Shown here: positions 31,250 to 39,549 of the stretch, one piece after another
How positions within the stretch are numbered: the first letter of the stretch is position 1
How the letters are laid out: every line of letters starts with the position of its first letter
NCBI GenBank assembly: GCA_963808235.1
Contig: CAWEEQ010000004.1
Coordinates: 3,136,001 to 3,200,000, forward strand
DNA from: an uncultured delta proteobacterium
Lineage (GTDB): Bacteria; Desulfobacterota; Binatia; Binatales; Binataceae
Length of the DNA: 64,000 nt
Reading direction: 5' to 3'
Made by a program: the position numbers and the translations under genes
Notes under the pieces: model-generated
Databases searched by the model: none
What the model was told of the DNA's origin: nothing
The model's input: the letters and a program-made list of their open reading frames with translations, nothing else

Positions 31250-31936
31250 TCACCTCCAGAACGACACGACGGTGCCCAACACGAGGAACGCGACCACCAG
31301 CGCACCGGCCGCCAGAAGGAATCCGATCAGCACGGTCAAAAATGCGCGCCATGCGGAGAATCGATGCACTTCGCCAAGACACTTGAACGATACGATCCAC
31401 CACCACAGCGTTAGCGGCGCGGAAATAATTATCGACGGCAGCATCGAACGCCAGTAGGCCAGCGCGGTATGCATCGTCACGAGCGCCGGAGGTTGGTGGG
31501 GTGGCGGGAGCAGAAATCCAATTGCGAGATTGACGAGGGCTATCGGGACAGTCACCACAGAAGCCCAGGCGATGGCGGCGCGAACTTCCACCGCCTTCGC
31601 AGTGCCGCCGAGCAGCGACCCGGTCCATCGAAGCAACGCGCCGTTGATATACAGGAATGGGACCGCCAGCAGCGGCCATGCGGCGAGCGTCCAGAGTTTC
31701 ATCAACTGTGCGGAATGGGGCGCCATCGCCGGAATTGGCTTGCCCGCGATTGTGAAAGCGGTGGGGTTGTAATTGTTGCCGTGAATAGCGTTCGCTATTG
31801 CGACGATCACCGCCGTGATGAGCACGATTGCTATGACCCGATCTCTCGGGTCGCGATCGACGATCGTGCGGATAGTGGCGCGCGGGCGGATGCAAATGCT
31901 TACGTATGGCGAATCAGTCCAGTTGGCCGGCTCCAT
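31250..31936 (-). CDS. Yip1 family membrane protein
   Basis: I.IRPRATIR, G.LLGG.A, AIAWA, EVHRFSAWRA. Confidence 0.8.
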   Translation of the reverse strand: MEPANWTDSPYVSICIRPRATIRTIVDRDPRDRVIAIVLITAVIVAIANAIHGNNYNPTAFTIAGKPIPAMAPHSAQLMKLWTLAAWPLLAVPFLYINGALLRWTGSLLGGTAKAVEVRAAIAWASVVTVPIALVNLAIGFLLPPPHQPPALVTMHTALAYWRSMLPSIIISAPLTLWWWIVSFKCLGEVHRFSAWRAFLTVLIGFLLAAGALVVAFLVLGTVVSFWR

Positions 31937-31951
31937 CGAATGCTCCCCCTC

Positions 31952-33742
31952 TCATTTTTTTGCAGGCGCTTCGCGATACGGCAGCGCCTTGCGATAAAGA
32001 TCGAGTCGCTCGCTTTCTTCCTTTTGCACATCGGCCGGTCCGGACTGCGACTTGAGCAGATCGATCGACCGTTCCTCCCATGTCACTGCCTGCGCGAAAT
32101 CGCCCGTTTCACCCAGAGAGGACGCAAGGGTGTCGATCGCATAGCCGTCCTGCCATGAAGAAAGATCACAGGCCTTCTTGGCGAGCGTGAGCGCGCGCTT
32201 GCCGTTGCGAAACTTCGAATCGGGACAGGTGCTGAGGAACCAGGCCGCGGCGTTGTACGTTTCCCAATCATTGGAGGCAACCGCAAGCGCGTGATTGTAG
32301 TCGTCGAGGGCGAGCCGATATTCGCCGACATTCTCGCGAAGGTGGGCGCGGGCCAGAAGGTCATCTTTTGAGGCGGCTTTTATGTGGGCGAGATCCGAAA
32401 TCGCCAGGTCGGGCCGCTTTTTCTGGATAAAGGCCCCGGCCCGTGCCTCCAAGACGCGCATGTCGGACGGATCGAGCTTGGCGGCCGTGTTAAAATCTTC
32501 AATCGCGTGATCGTAGTCCGCCTTCTCCTGGTAGACGAAGCCCCGGCGATAGAACAGGTCGGCGTCCTTGCGCTTCGAATATTTCATCGCCTGATCGAGA
32601 TCTGAAATGGCGTTGTCGTATTGACGGCGGTGATCGTCGATATACGCACGATTGCTGTAGAGTTCCGCGTCTTTCGGCGCCAGCGCGATTGCCTGGTCGG
32701 CATCGGCCTGCGCCTTGTCGTAATGACCCGCATAGTAGTAGGCCATCGCGCGGGAGATGAGAGCGTCGGGATCGGGCTCCTTGGGATCAAGGCTGAGCAC
32801 CTTGTCGAGATCGCCGATCGCCGCCACGTAATCGCGGTTCATCGTTTCGAAGCTTGCACGAGCTTTCAACAGCGCAGGATCGTTCGGCTTCGACTCGAGG
32901 GCACGAGTGTACTCGGCAATCGCAGCGCCATTGTCGCCGAGCGCGTAGTCGCGCTGTGCGAATGTTTCGTGGATGCCGCTGAAGCCAAACATCGAAGCCG
33001 CGCCAACCATCGCGATGGGCATCAGGAAGGGCATCGTATCGACCAGGAAATGACCGATGATGCAGGCCATGATGTCCTTGCGCCATAGATACATGAGGAC
33101 GAACAGCAACTGCATCGGCGCGATCTCGATCGCGTAGCGCCATCCCCAAAACGGAATGTGCTCGGCCAAATCCAGCGCCAGCGCAATCGCCGCGGCGAGC
33201 ACCAGCCGCCCAGTGACGATTCGAAGGCGATCGATCGCGAAGCCACGAGCCGCAACCTCCTCCGAGAAACCGCCCGCGGCGGCGACGAGCACCCCGAGCC
33301 CGGCCGGTATGCGCATCAACGAGCTGAGCTGGTGGGTGGCGACATGCGACATGCTGTTCGGAAAGAAGAGCAGGAGAAGTAGTCTGCCGACGCCCTCTGT
33401 GATCAAGACGGCGACGAACAGCGCCAAGCCCAGACCCAGATCGGCAAGCGTCGGTCTGCGGAGGCCGACTGAGGAGAGCGGTTTTCGCTCCAGGAAAACG
33501 ACGATGCCGAAGAGCACCGCGGTCGCAATCAACTGGTACGTGACAGTAGTCAGCGTCCAGCTTCCGTATTGCGATCGCCCGGCCGACTTCAGCAGCGAAT
33601 CGAGCAGATTCGAGAGCGGTTTGAGCAGGACCGAGAATCCCACCGCAAGCCCAAGGAAGGTCGTAAAATAAATGCTGGCTGGCCGGGTTGGATTGTCCGG
33701 CGGAATCGTCGAATCCGCCGTCTGTTGAGACGCGGTCTCCAT
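31952..33742 (-). CDS. CPBP intramembrane protease fused to TPR repeats
   Basis: SEEVAARG, AEH and GHFLVD in the TM half, followed by about 7 TPR-like repeats. Confidence 0.85.
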   Translation of the reverse strand: METASQQTADSTIPPDNPTRPASIYFTTFLGLAVGFSVLLKPLSNLLDSLLKSAGRSQYGSWTLTTVTYQLIATAVLFGIVVFLERKPLSSVGLRRPTLADLGLGLALFVAVLITEGVGRLLLLLFFPNSMSHVATHQLSSLMRIPAGLGVLVAAAGGFSEEVAARGFAIDRLRIVTGRLVLAAAIALALDLAEHIPFWGWRYAIEIAPMQLLFVLMYLWRKDIMACIIGHFLVDTMPFLMPIAMVGAASMFGFSGIHETFAQRDYALGDNGAAIAEYTRALESKPNDPALLKARASFETMNRDYVAAIGDLDKVLSLDPKEPDPDALISRAMAYYYAGHYDKAQADADQAIALAPKDAELYSNRAYIDDHRRQYDNAISDLDQAMKYSKRKDADLFYRRGFVYQEKADYDHAIEDFNTAAKLDPSDMRVLEARAGAFIQKKRPDLAISDLAHIKAASKDDLLARAHLRENVGEYRLALDDYNHALAVASNDWETYNAAAWFLSTCPDSKFRNGKRALTLAKKACDLSSWQDGYAIDTLASSLGETGDFAQAVTWEERSIDLLKSQSGPADVQKEESERLDLYRKALPYREAPAKK

Positions 33743-33772
33743 CGCGTTCCCCCCTCCGCGTCTCTTAGGGAA

Positions 33773-34048
33773 CTAGCTTTTCTTGACCGCGCAACTGCCG
33801 CATCCCGACGAGCAGCCGCCCTTGTCGCCCTCCTCTGGAGGTGGGCCGAAGTAGTAGCCCGACTGCTCGAGATCGCCGGGTCCGACCCATTCGAGCGCAT
33901 CGCCGACCGTCTGGTCGCAATGCACGCAAACGCGACGCTCAATCCCGTTGTCGTCGAGCATCACGTAGGTCAGCACTGATTTGTCGCAGTGGGTGCAATG
34001 CGCCATCGGAAATGACGCATCTCTGAGCGCGAGCGGAGAAGAAGGCAT
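33773..34048 (-). CDS. Small Cys-rich zinc-ribbon-like protein
   Basis: CTHC...CVHC plus C-terminal GGCSSGCGSC. Confidence 0.65.
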   Translation of the reverse strand: MPSSPLALRDASFPMAHCTHCDKSVLTYVMLDDNGIERRVCVHCDQTVGDALEWVGPGDLEQSGYYFGPPPEEGDKGGCSSGCGSCAVKKS

Positions 34049-34106
34049 CGGAATCCACGCTACACCATTGTGTTAACGCGTGGAAATCCGACGCCGGTGA
34101 GTTCAG

Positions 34107-34514
34107 CTAGCCGTGATGATGGCCGCCGCCGTCATGGCCGCCTGAGTGCGCGAAAGAATGACCACCGCCGTGGTATCCGCCACCGCTATGGGCGAATCCA
34201 CCGCCACCGTGACCCCATCCACCACCGTGGCCCCATCCGCCTTCGCGTGCCGCCCAATCATGGCCGTCCCAGCCGTGACCATGGCCCCAATAGCCCCAAT
34301 CATCGTGATACCAAGGATGGCCATAACCATAGACGCCGTAATCCGGGGCGTACCAGGAAGAATAGGCGGGATATCCGTATCCGCCATATCCTCCATATCC
34401 GCCGCCATATCCACCACCCCAGCCAGGTCCTTCGACGTCATAGCAGCCCTGCAATGGAATCATGCAAGCGATGAGCAACAGCGCTGCTACGGCGCTTATG
34501 ATTTTGCTCTTCAT
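34107..34514 (-). CDS. Gly/Tyr/His-rich low-complexity putative lipoprotein
   Basis: MKSK plus hydrophobic stretch plus LQGC lipobox. GGY repeats and GHGGG/HHH tail. Confidence 0.75.
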   Translation of the reverse strand: MKSKIISAVAALLLIACMIPLQGCYDVEGPGWGGGYGGGYGGYGGYGYPAYSSWYAPDYGVYGYGHPWYHDDWGYWGHGHGWDGHDWAAREGGWGHGGGWGHGGGGFAHSGGGYHGGGHSFAHSGGHDGGGHHHG

Positions 34515-34647
34515 TGCTCTTTACCTCTATCTCTTCAGACGAACTCTTTAGGACAGGGTTTCAAGCGAAGATTTGAGGAAGAACAGGGAATTAGCTAGGA
34601 GAATCAAGCATTTTTTCGTGCGCAAGTGTGCGCAGTGATGGTTACGG

Positions 34648-35559
34648 TCACTGACGCCGATATGGCTCTCCGAGTGCGCTCGGAGCGGCTGCCTGACCTC
34701 CTACACCCGCTAAAACGAGCAACGTCAGCGCGTATGGCAGGGCGAGGAACAGTTGATAGGGAACCACAGTTCCGAGTGCCTGCAGACCGAACTGCAAAGC
34801 CATCGCGGCGCCGAACAGGACCGACGCCGCGGCCAGTCCCCACGGATTCCATCGCCCGAGAATCACCACCGACAGCGCGACGAATCCACGTCCTGCCGAG
34901 ATGTTCTCGACAAACGTGTTTGCGTACGCGAGCGTGAGATAGGCGCCGGCCAGGCCAGTGAGCGCGCCCGCCGCAAGCAGCGCCTGCCACCTGAGCCAAT
35001 ACACGCCGAGCCCGAGAGCGTCGGCGGCTTCGGGACGCTCACCGGCGGCACGCAGTCGGAGTCCATAACGGGTGCGCGAAATCACGTACCACAAGATCGG
35101 AATCAGGATGAGCGTGAGATACACCAGCGCATTCTGATCGAAGAGCACCGGGCCGAGTATCGGGATCCTTGCGAGCGGTCCGAGCGGGATCTTTCCGACC
35201 GGCGTCACCATGAATGCCTTCCCGGTCTCGCCGAACAATTTGCGATAGAAAATTCCGGTGACGCCGAGTGCAAAGATGTTGAGCGCGGTGCCGGTCACCA
35301 CCTGGTTCGCGGCGAGATTCACGACCAGCAGGGCGAAGATTGCGTCGATCGCGATTGCCGCCGCCATTCCGGCCGCGAGTCCGAGTGCGATACTGCCGGA
35401 GAAGTAAGTCGCCGCGAGCGCGAAGAATGCGCCCGCGAGCATCGCGCCTTCGATGCCCACGTTGATAATCCCGCTTTCCTCGACCATCAACTCGCCGAGC
35501 GCGGCCAGCATGATCGGAGTGGCCATGCTGATCGTCGAGGTGAGGAACGCCTCAAGCAT
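34648..35559 (-). CDS. ABC transporter permease (nucleoside/NupC-like)
   Basis: ESGIINVGIEG, GLRLRAAGERP, AGRGFVAL, ALPY, PSALG. Confidence 0.92.
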   Translation of the reverse strand: MLEAFLTSTISMATPIMLAALGELMVEESGIINVGIEGAMLAGAFFALAATYFSGSIALGLAAGMAAAIAIDAIFALLVVNLAANQVVTGTALNIFALGVTGIFYRKLFGETGKAFMVTPVGKIPLGPLARIPILGPVLFDQNALVYLTLILIPILWYVISRTRYGLRLRAAGERPEAADALGLGVYWLRWQALLAAGALTGLAGAYLTLAYANTFVENISAGRGFVALSVVILGRWNPWGLAAASVLFGAAMALQFGLQALGTVVPYQLFLALPYALTLLVLAGVGGQAAAPSALGEPYRRQ

Positions 35560-36631
35560 CGAGCCGCTCCTGCGCAGCGGGCGGAATTGCTGCGGCCTCG
35601 GGCGGCGCGCCGAACATCCGCTCGCTGAGCCCGCTCCAGAGCGGAGTGTCGAAGGCGAGGATTATTAGGATCACCAGTCCCTGGATAACCTGGACCAGCT
35701 CGGGCGAGACGTTCTGCGCGCGTTGCATCGCTTGCGAGCCATTGTCGAGCGCGCCGAAGAACAGTGCCGCAGCGACGATACCGATTGGATTCAGCCGCGC
35801 GACCAATGCGACAGCGATCGCCTCGTAACCCCATCCGGGCGAGAACTTTTCATACAGTCGATGCGAAATCGCGGAGACTTGCACCGCGCCGCCGAGTCCC
35901 GCGAGCGCGCCCGACAGCGCCATCACCCAAACGGTCAGCGCCGGGATCGGGATTCCAAAGAATCTCGCCGCGCGCCGGTTGCGGCCCATCGCGCGCAGCT
36001 CGAATCCGACCCCGGTGTGAAAGAGCAGCAGATGGCATAGCACGGCGAGCACGACCGCGAGCGGCATCCCCAAGTTGAGGCGGCTCGGCGAAAAATAAAA
36101 TCCTAGTTCGGCTGCCGACGCGATCGGGGCGCTGGTCGGATAGGCGCGCGACGCTTCCATCAGCGGCCCATGCACCACCCAACTGAGCGCATAGACGGCG
36201 ACGAAGTTCAGCATGATGGTGCTGATGACCTCGTTAACGTCGCGCCGCGCGCGGAACCATCCTGCGAGCCCTCCCCAAATCGCGCCGCCAAGCGCGCCCG
36301 CGCCGAGCATGATTGCAATCGCGATCGGATGCGGTAGATCGCCGAGCCACGGACCCACAGCACCGGCCGCGATCGCGCCGATCGTGAGCTGCCCATCGCC
36401 GCCGATATTCCACAGCGCACCCGAAAACGCGATCGACACCGCGAGCCCGGTGAACACCAGCGGAGTCGCTTTCACGACCGTATCGACGCACGCGTACCAG
36501 TTGCCGAATGCGCCCTCGCCAAGCGCGACGAATACGCCGATTGGAGACGCGCCGAGGCCGAGCAATACGAGCGAGATAAGCGCGGCGGCAATCGCGAGTG
36601 CGCCCAGCGGTTTCGCAATCGAAGACAGCAT
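35552..36631 (-). CDS. ABC transporter permease (NupB-like)
   Basis: WNIGGDGQ, NEVISTIMLN, GFELRAMG, ALVARLNP. Confidence 0.92.
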   Translation of the reverse strand: MLSSIAKPLGALAIAAALISLVLLGLGASPIGVFVALGEGAFGNWYACVDTVVKATPLVFTGLAVSIAFSGALWNIGGDGQLTIGAIAAGAVGPWLGDLPHPIAIAIMLGAGALGGAIWGGLAGWFRARRDVNEVISTIMLNFVAVYALSWVVHGPLMEASRAYPTSAPIASAAELGFYFSPSRLNLGMPLAVVLAVLCHLLLFHTGVGFELRAMGRNRRAARFFGIPIPALTVWVMALSGALAGLGGAVQVSAISHRLYEKFSPGWGYEAIAVALVARLNPIGIVAAALFFGALDNGSQAMQRAQNVSPELVQVIQGLVILIILAFDTPLWSGLSERMFGAPPEAAAIPPAAQERLDA

Positions 36632-36642
36632 CGCTGCGCGGC

Positions 36643-38121
36643 CTACTCCCAGGTTCCGGCCATCAGCAGGCCGAGCCGCTCGGGGTCGCGTTCGTCGGCG
36701 CGAGTCTCGCGAATTTTCCCTCGATTGATCACCATCAGGCGCCCGCAGGTCGCGAGCAACTCATCGAGATCGCTGGAGACTAGCAACACTGCGCCGCCGC
36801 CGGCCGCGAAGTCGAAGATGGTCCGATGGACGTCGGCGGTGGCCGCAAGGTCGAGTCCGCGAGTCACGTTATGCGCGACGATCATTCGCGGATGTGCGGC
36901 GATCGCGCGTGCGACTACCAGGCGCTGGCGGTTTCCTCCGGACAGCGCGCCCGAATTCATCTCGGGGCCTGCGGCGCGAATCTGAAAACGGTCGATGAGC
37001 GTTGCGCAGAGATCGATCGCGCGCGAACGGCTGAGCCAGCCGCGCGATGTCATCCGCTCCCGGAGCGGACGGGCGAGGAGCAGGTTTTCCCAGAGCGTCA
37101 AATCGAGGACAAGGCCGTCGAGGTCGCGATTTTGCGGAATCACCGCCATCGCGCCGCTGCCCGCTTCTCGGCTAACGCTGATCAGTCCCGCGCTCGGCTC
37201 GCGTGCACCGGCAAGCAACTCGACCAGTTCCGACTGACCGTTGCCATCAACCCCCGCGAGTCCAACTATCTCGCTCGCCGCGACTTGAAACGAAATCCGA
37301 TCGAGAATCCGCCGGCCATCGTCATCGAGCGTGAGATCCTGAACCTCGAGCACCGGCGCGCCGCGATTCGCCACGAAAACGTCGCGACGCGCGATCGGCG
37401 CTGCAACGATCTCGCCGATCATCATGCGCGCAAGTTCGGCTTCGTCGGTCGCGGCGGCCATCGTGGATGCGACCACGCGGCCCCGCCTCAGCACGGTAAT
37501 TCGATCCGCCACTGCCAGCGCCTCACTCAGCTTGTGAGTTATGAGCACTACGATTCGGCCCTCGGCGCGAAGCCGCCGGAGCAAGTCCACGAATGCGCTC
37601 AGCTCGGTAGGCGCGAGCACTCCGGTCGGCTCGTCGAGAATCAGCACCTGGGGATTGAAGCTCAGCGCGCGGAGCACTTCGAGCCGCACACGCTGCGCGA
37701 TCGACAATTGCTCGACCGTCGAATTGGGCGCGGGCAGCTCGAAGCCGAGATTGCGCGCGAGCACGCGGCCGGCCGACGCGACCGCGTCAAGATCGAGCGC
37801 GCCGCCTTCGCCTTCGAATCCGCCGAGTGCGAGATTTTCCTCCCACGTCATACGCTCGAACAGCATCGGGCTCTGATGCACCGTCGCAATTCCGGCCCGC
37901 AGCGCGGCATGAGGCGATCCGGCGCGAAGCGGATACCCGTCGAGCGAGGTCTCTCCACTGTCCGGGCTGAGCGCGCCTGCGAGCACGTTCATCAAGGTTG
38001 TCTTGCCCGCGCCGTTTTCGCCGACCAGCGCATGAATCTCGCTGGGACGCGCCTGGAAATCGACACGGTCGAGCGCGCGCGTGCGGCCGAAACGTTTGGT
38101 GATGGCGGCGGCGCTCAGCAA
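36643..38121 (-). CDS. ABC transporter ATP-binding protein, double domain (NupA-like)
   Basis: GENGAGKT, ILDEPT, ITHKL, LSGGNRQ. Confidence 0.93.
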   Translation of the reverse strand: MLSAAAITKRFGRTRALDRVDFQARPSEIHALVGENGAGKTTLMNVLAGALSPDSGETSLDGYPLRAGSPHAALRAGIATVHQSPMLFERMTWEENLALGGFEGEGGALDLDAVASAGRVLARNLGFELPAPNSTVEQLSIAQRVRLEVLRALSFNPQVLILDEPTGVLAPTELSAFVDLLRRLRAEGRIVVLITHKLSEALAVADRITVLRRGRVVASTMAAATDEAELARMMIGEIVAAPIARRDVFVANRGAPVLEVQDLTLDDDGRRILDRISFQVAASEIVGLAGVDGNGQSELVELLAGAREPSAGLISVSREAGSGAMAVIPQNRDLDGLVLDLTLWENLLLARPLRERMTSRGWLSRSRAIDLCATLIDRFQIRAAGPEMNSGALSGGNRQRLVVARAIAAHPRMIVAHNVTRGLDLAATADVHRTIFDFAAGGGAVLLVSSDLDELLATCGRLMVINRGKIRETRADERDPERLGLLMAGTWE

Positions 38122-39447
38122 CTAGGCCGCGCTATCCGGGCTGTAGTGTGAGCGCACGTATTCAAGCGCGTCGTCTCGGGTGGCGAGCGCGCCGTCGAGT
38201 TGCTGATCTTCGACGTCTCTTAAAATTTCCTTGAAGCGCGGTCCGGGACTGAAACCGAGTGCCTTCAAGTCCTCGCCGCCGATCAGACGCGGCGGGCGAA
38301 TTTCCGCCGCGGTCATCGTGCTCATCGCATGCTTGCAGAAATGCCAGAAGCCCAGGTACGAGCTCGACGCCATCGCGTCCATGAACGCCACTTCCATCAG
38401 TTCGTCAAAGCCAGTTTCTGCGAGCATCCGTTTGAGCGTGGCCGGGCGCATCCGCGGCGCCATGCAGAGTTTCAAATGATTCTTGACCAGATACGCCACC
38501 CGCTCCTGGACCGCGCGCGAACGCTTCAGCCGCGCGAGCATTTCCGCCGCCATCACCGCGCCCTGTTCGACGTGTCCGTAGAAGGTGACCTTGTCGCCGG
38601 TCACCGCGCGGCATCGCGGCTTGGCGATATCATGGAGCAGGATTCCGTACGCGACCGTCTCGGAGCATCCCGCGGGCAGCATCGCAACTCCGATCCGCGT
38701 ATGCGTGTACACGTCGCCTTCGGGATGAAAATTTTCCGGCTGCGCACAGCCGCGCATCTCGACCACTTCGGGCAGGATCAATTGCATCAGGCCGCTATCC
38801 ATCATGAGGTCCATCGCGCGTGCGGCGCCGCCCTCGGTCATCATCATGGTGATTTCTTCGCCGATTCTCTCCGCCGCGGTCAGCGAAATCTTGGGCGCGC
38901 TCTTGAGCATCGCGGACCAGGTCGCGGGATCGATCGTGAAGTTGAGGCGCGCGGCGAATCGCACCGCGCGCAGGATGCGCAGATGATCTTCCTCGAAGCG
39001 CTCGTCGGGATTCCCGATCGCGCGGATTATTCCGGCGCGTAGATCGCGCATCCCGCCGACCAGATCGATCAGCTTGTCGGCTATGGGATCGTAAAACATC
39101 CCGCCGATAGTGAAGTCGCGGCGGATTGCGTCTTCCTCGAGAGCGCCGAATCGAACCGCCGACGGACGACGCCCGTCGAGATACTCGGCCTCTGCTCGGA
39201 AGGTCGCGACTTCGAACTGGTCATCGCCAATCAGCACCGCGATCACGCCGAATTTCGCGCCGACCGCGACGGTGCGCTCGAACATCGTTTGCACAACCTC
39301 GGGACGCGCGTCGGTCGCAACGTCGAAGTCCTTGGGCTCGACGCCCAGGATTCGGTCGCGCACACATCCGCCCGCGAAGACGGCGCGAAAGCCGGCATCG
39401 ACGAGACGGCGAACGATATCGAGCGCCTTTTGCTCCTTCTCGCTCAT
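38122..39447 (-). CDS. CCA tRNA nucleotidyltransferase/poly(A) polymerase family with HD domain
   Basis: GGCVRD, DFDVAT, RRDFT, EDHLRILRAVRF, HPEGDV, LLHDIAKP. Confidence 0.93.
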   Translation of the reverse strand: MSEKEQKALDIVRRLVDAGFRAVFAGGCVRDRILGVEPKDFDVATDARPEVVQTMFERTVAVGAKFGVIAVLIGDDQFEVATFRAEAEYLDGRRPSAVRFGALEEDAIRRDFTIGGMFYDPIADKLIDLVGGMRDLRAGIIRAIGNPDERFEEDHLRILRAVRFAARLNFTIDPATWSAMLKSAPKISLTAAERIGEEITMMMTEGGAARAMDLMMDSGLMQLILPEVVEMRGCAQPENFHPEGDVYTHTRIGVAMLPAGCSETVAYGILLHDIAKPRCRAVTGDKVTFYGHVEQGAVMAAEMLARLKRSRAVQERVAYLVKNHLKLCMAPRMRPATLKRMLAETGFDELMEVAFMDAMASSSYLGFWHFCKHAMSTMTAAEIRPPRLIGGEDLKALGFSPGPRFKEILRDVEDQQLDGALATRDDALEYVRSHYSPDSAA

Positions 39448-39549
39448 GGCAAATTCCAGCCGCCCAGTTTAGCAGAGCGGCCGGACTGTGCACCTATGTC
39501 GGATTTGAATCCCGCAGGAATCCAAGCCAGGAAAGCCCGAGCGGAGTGG

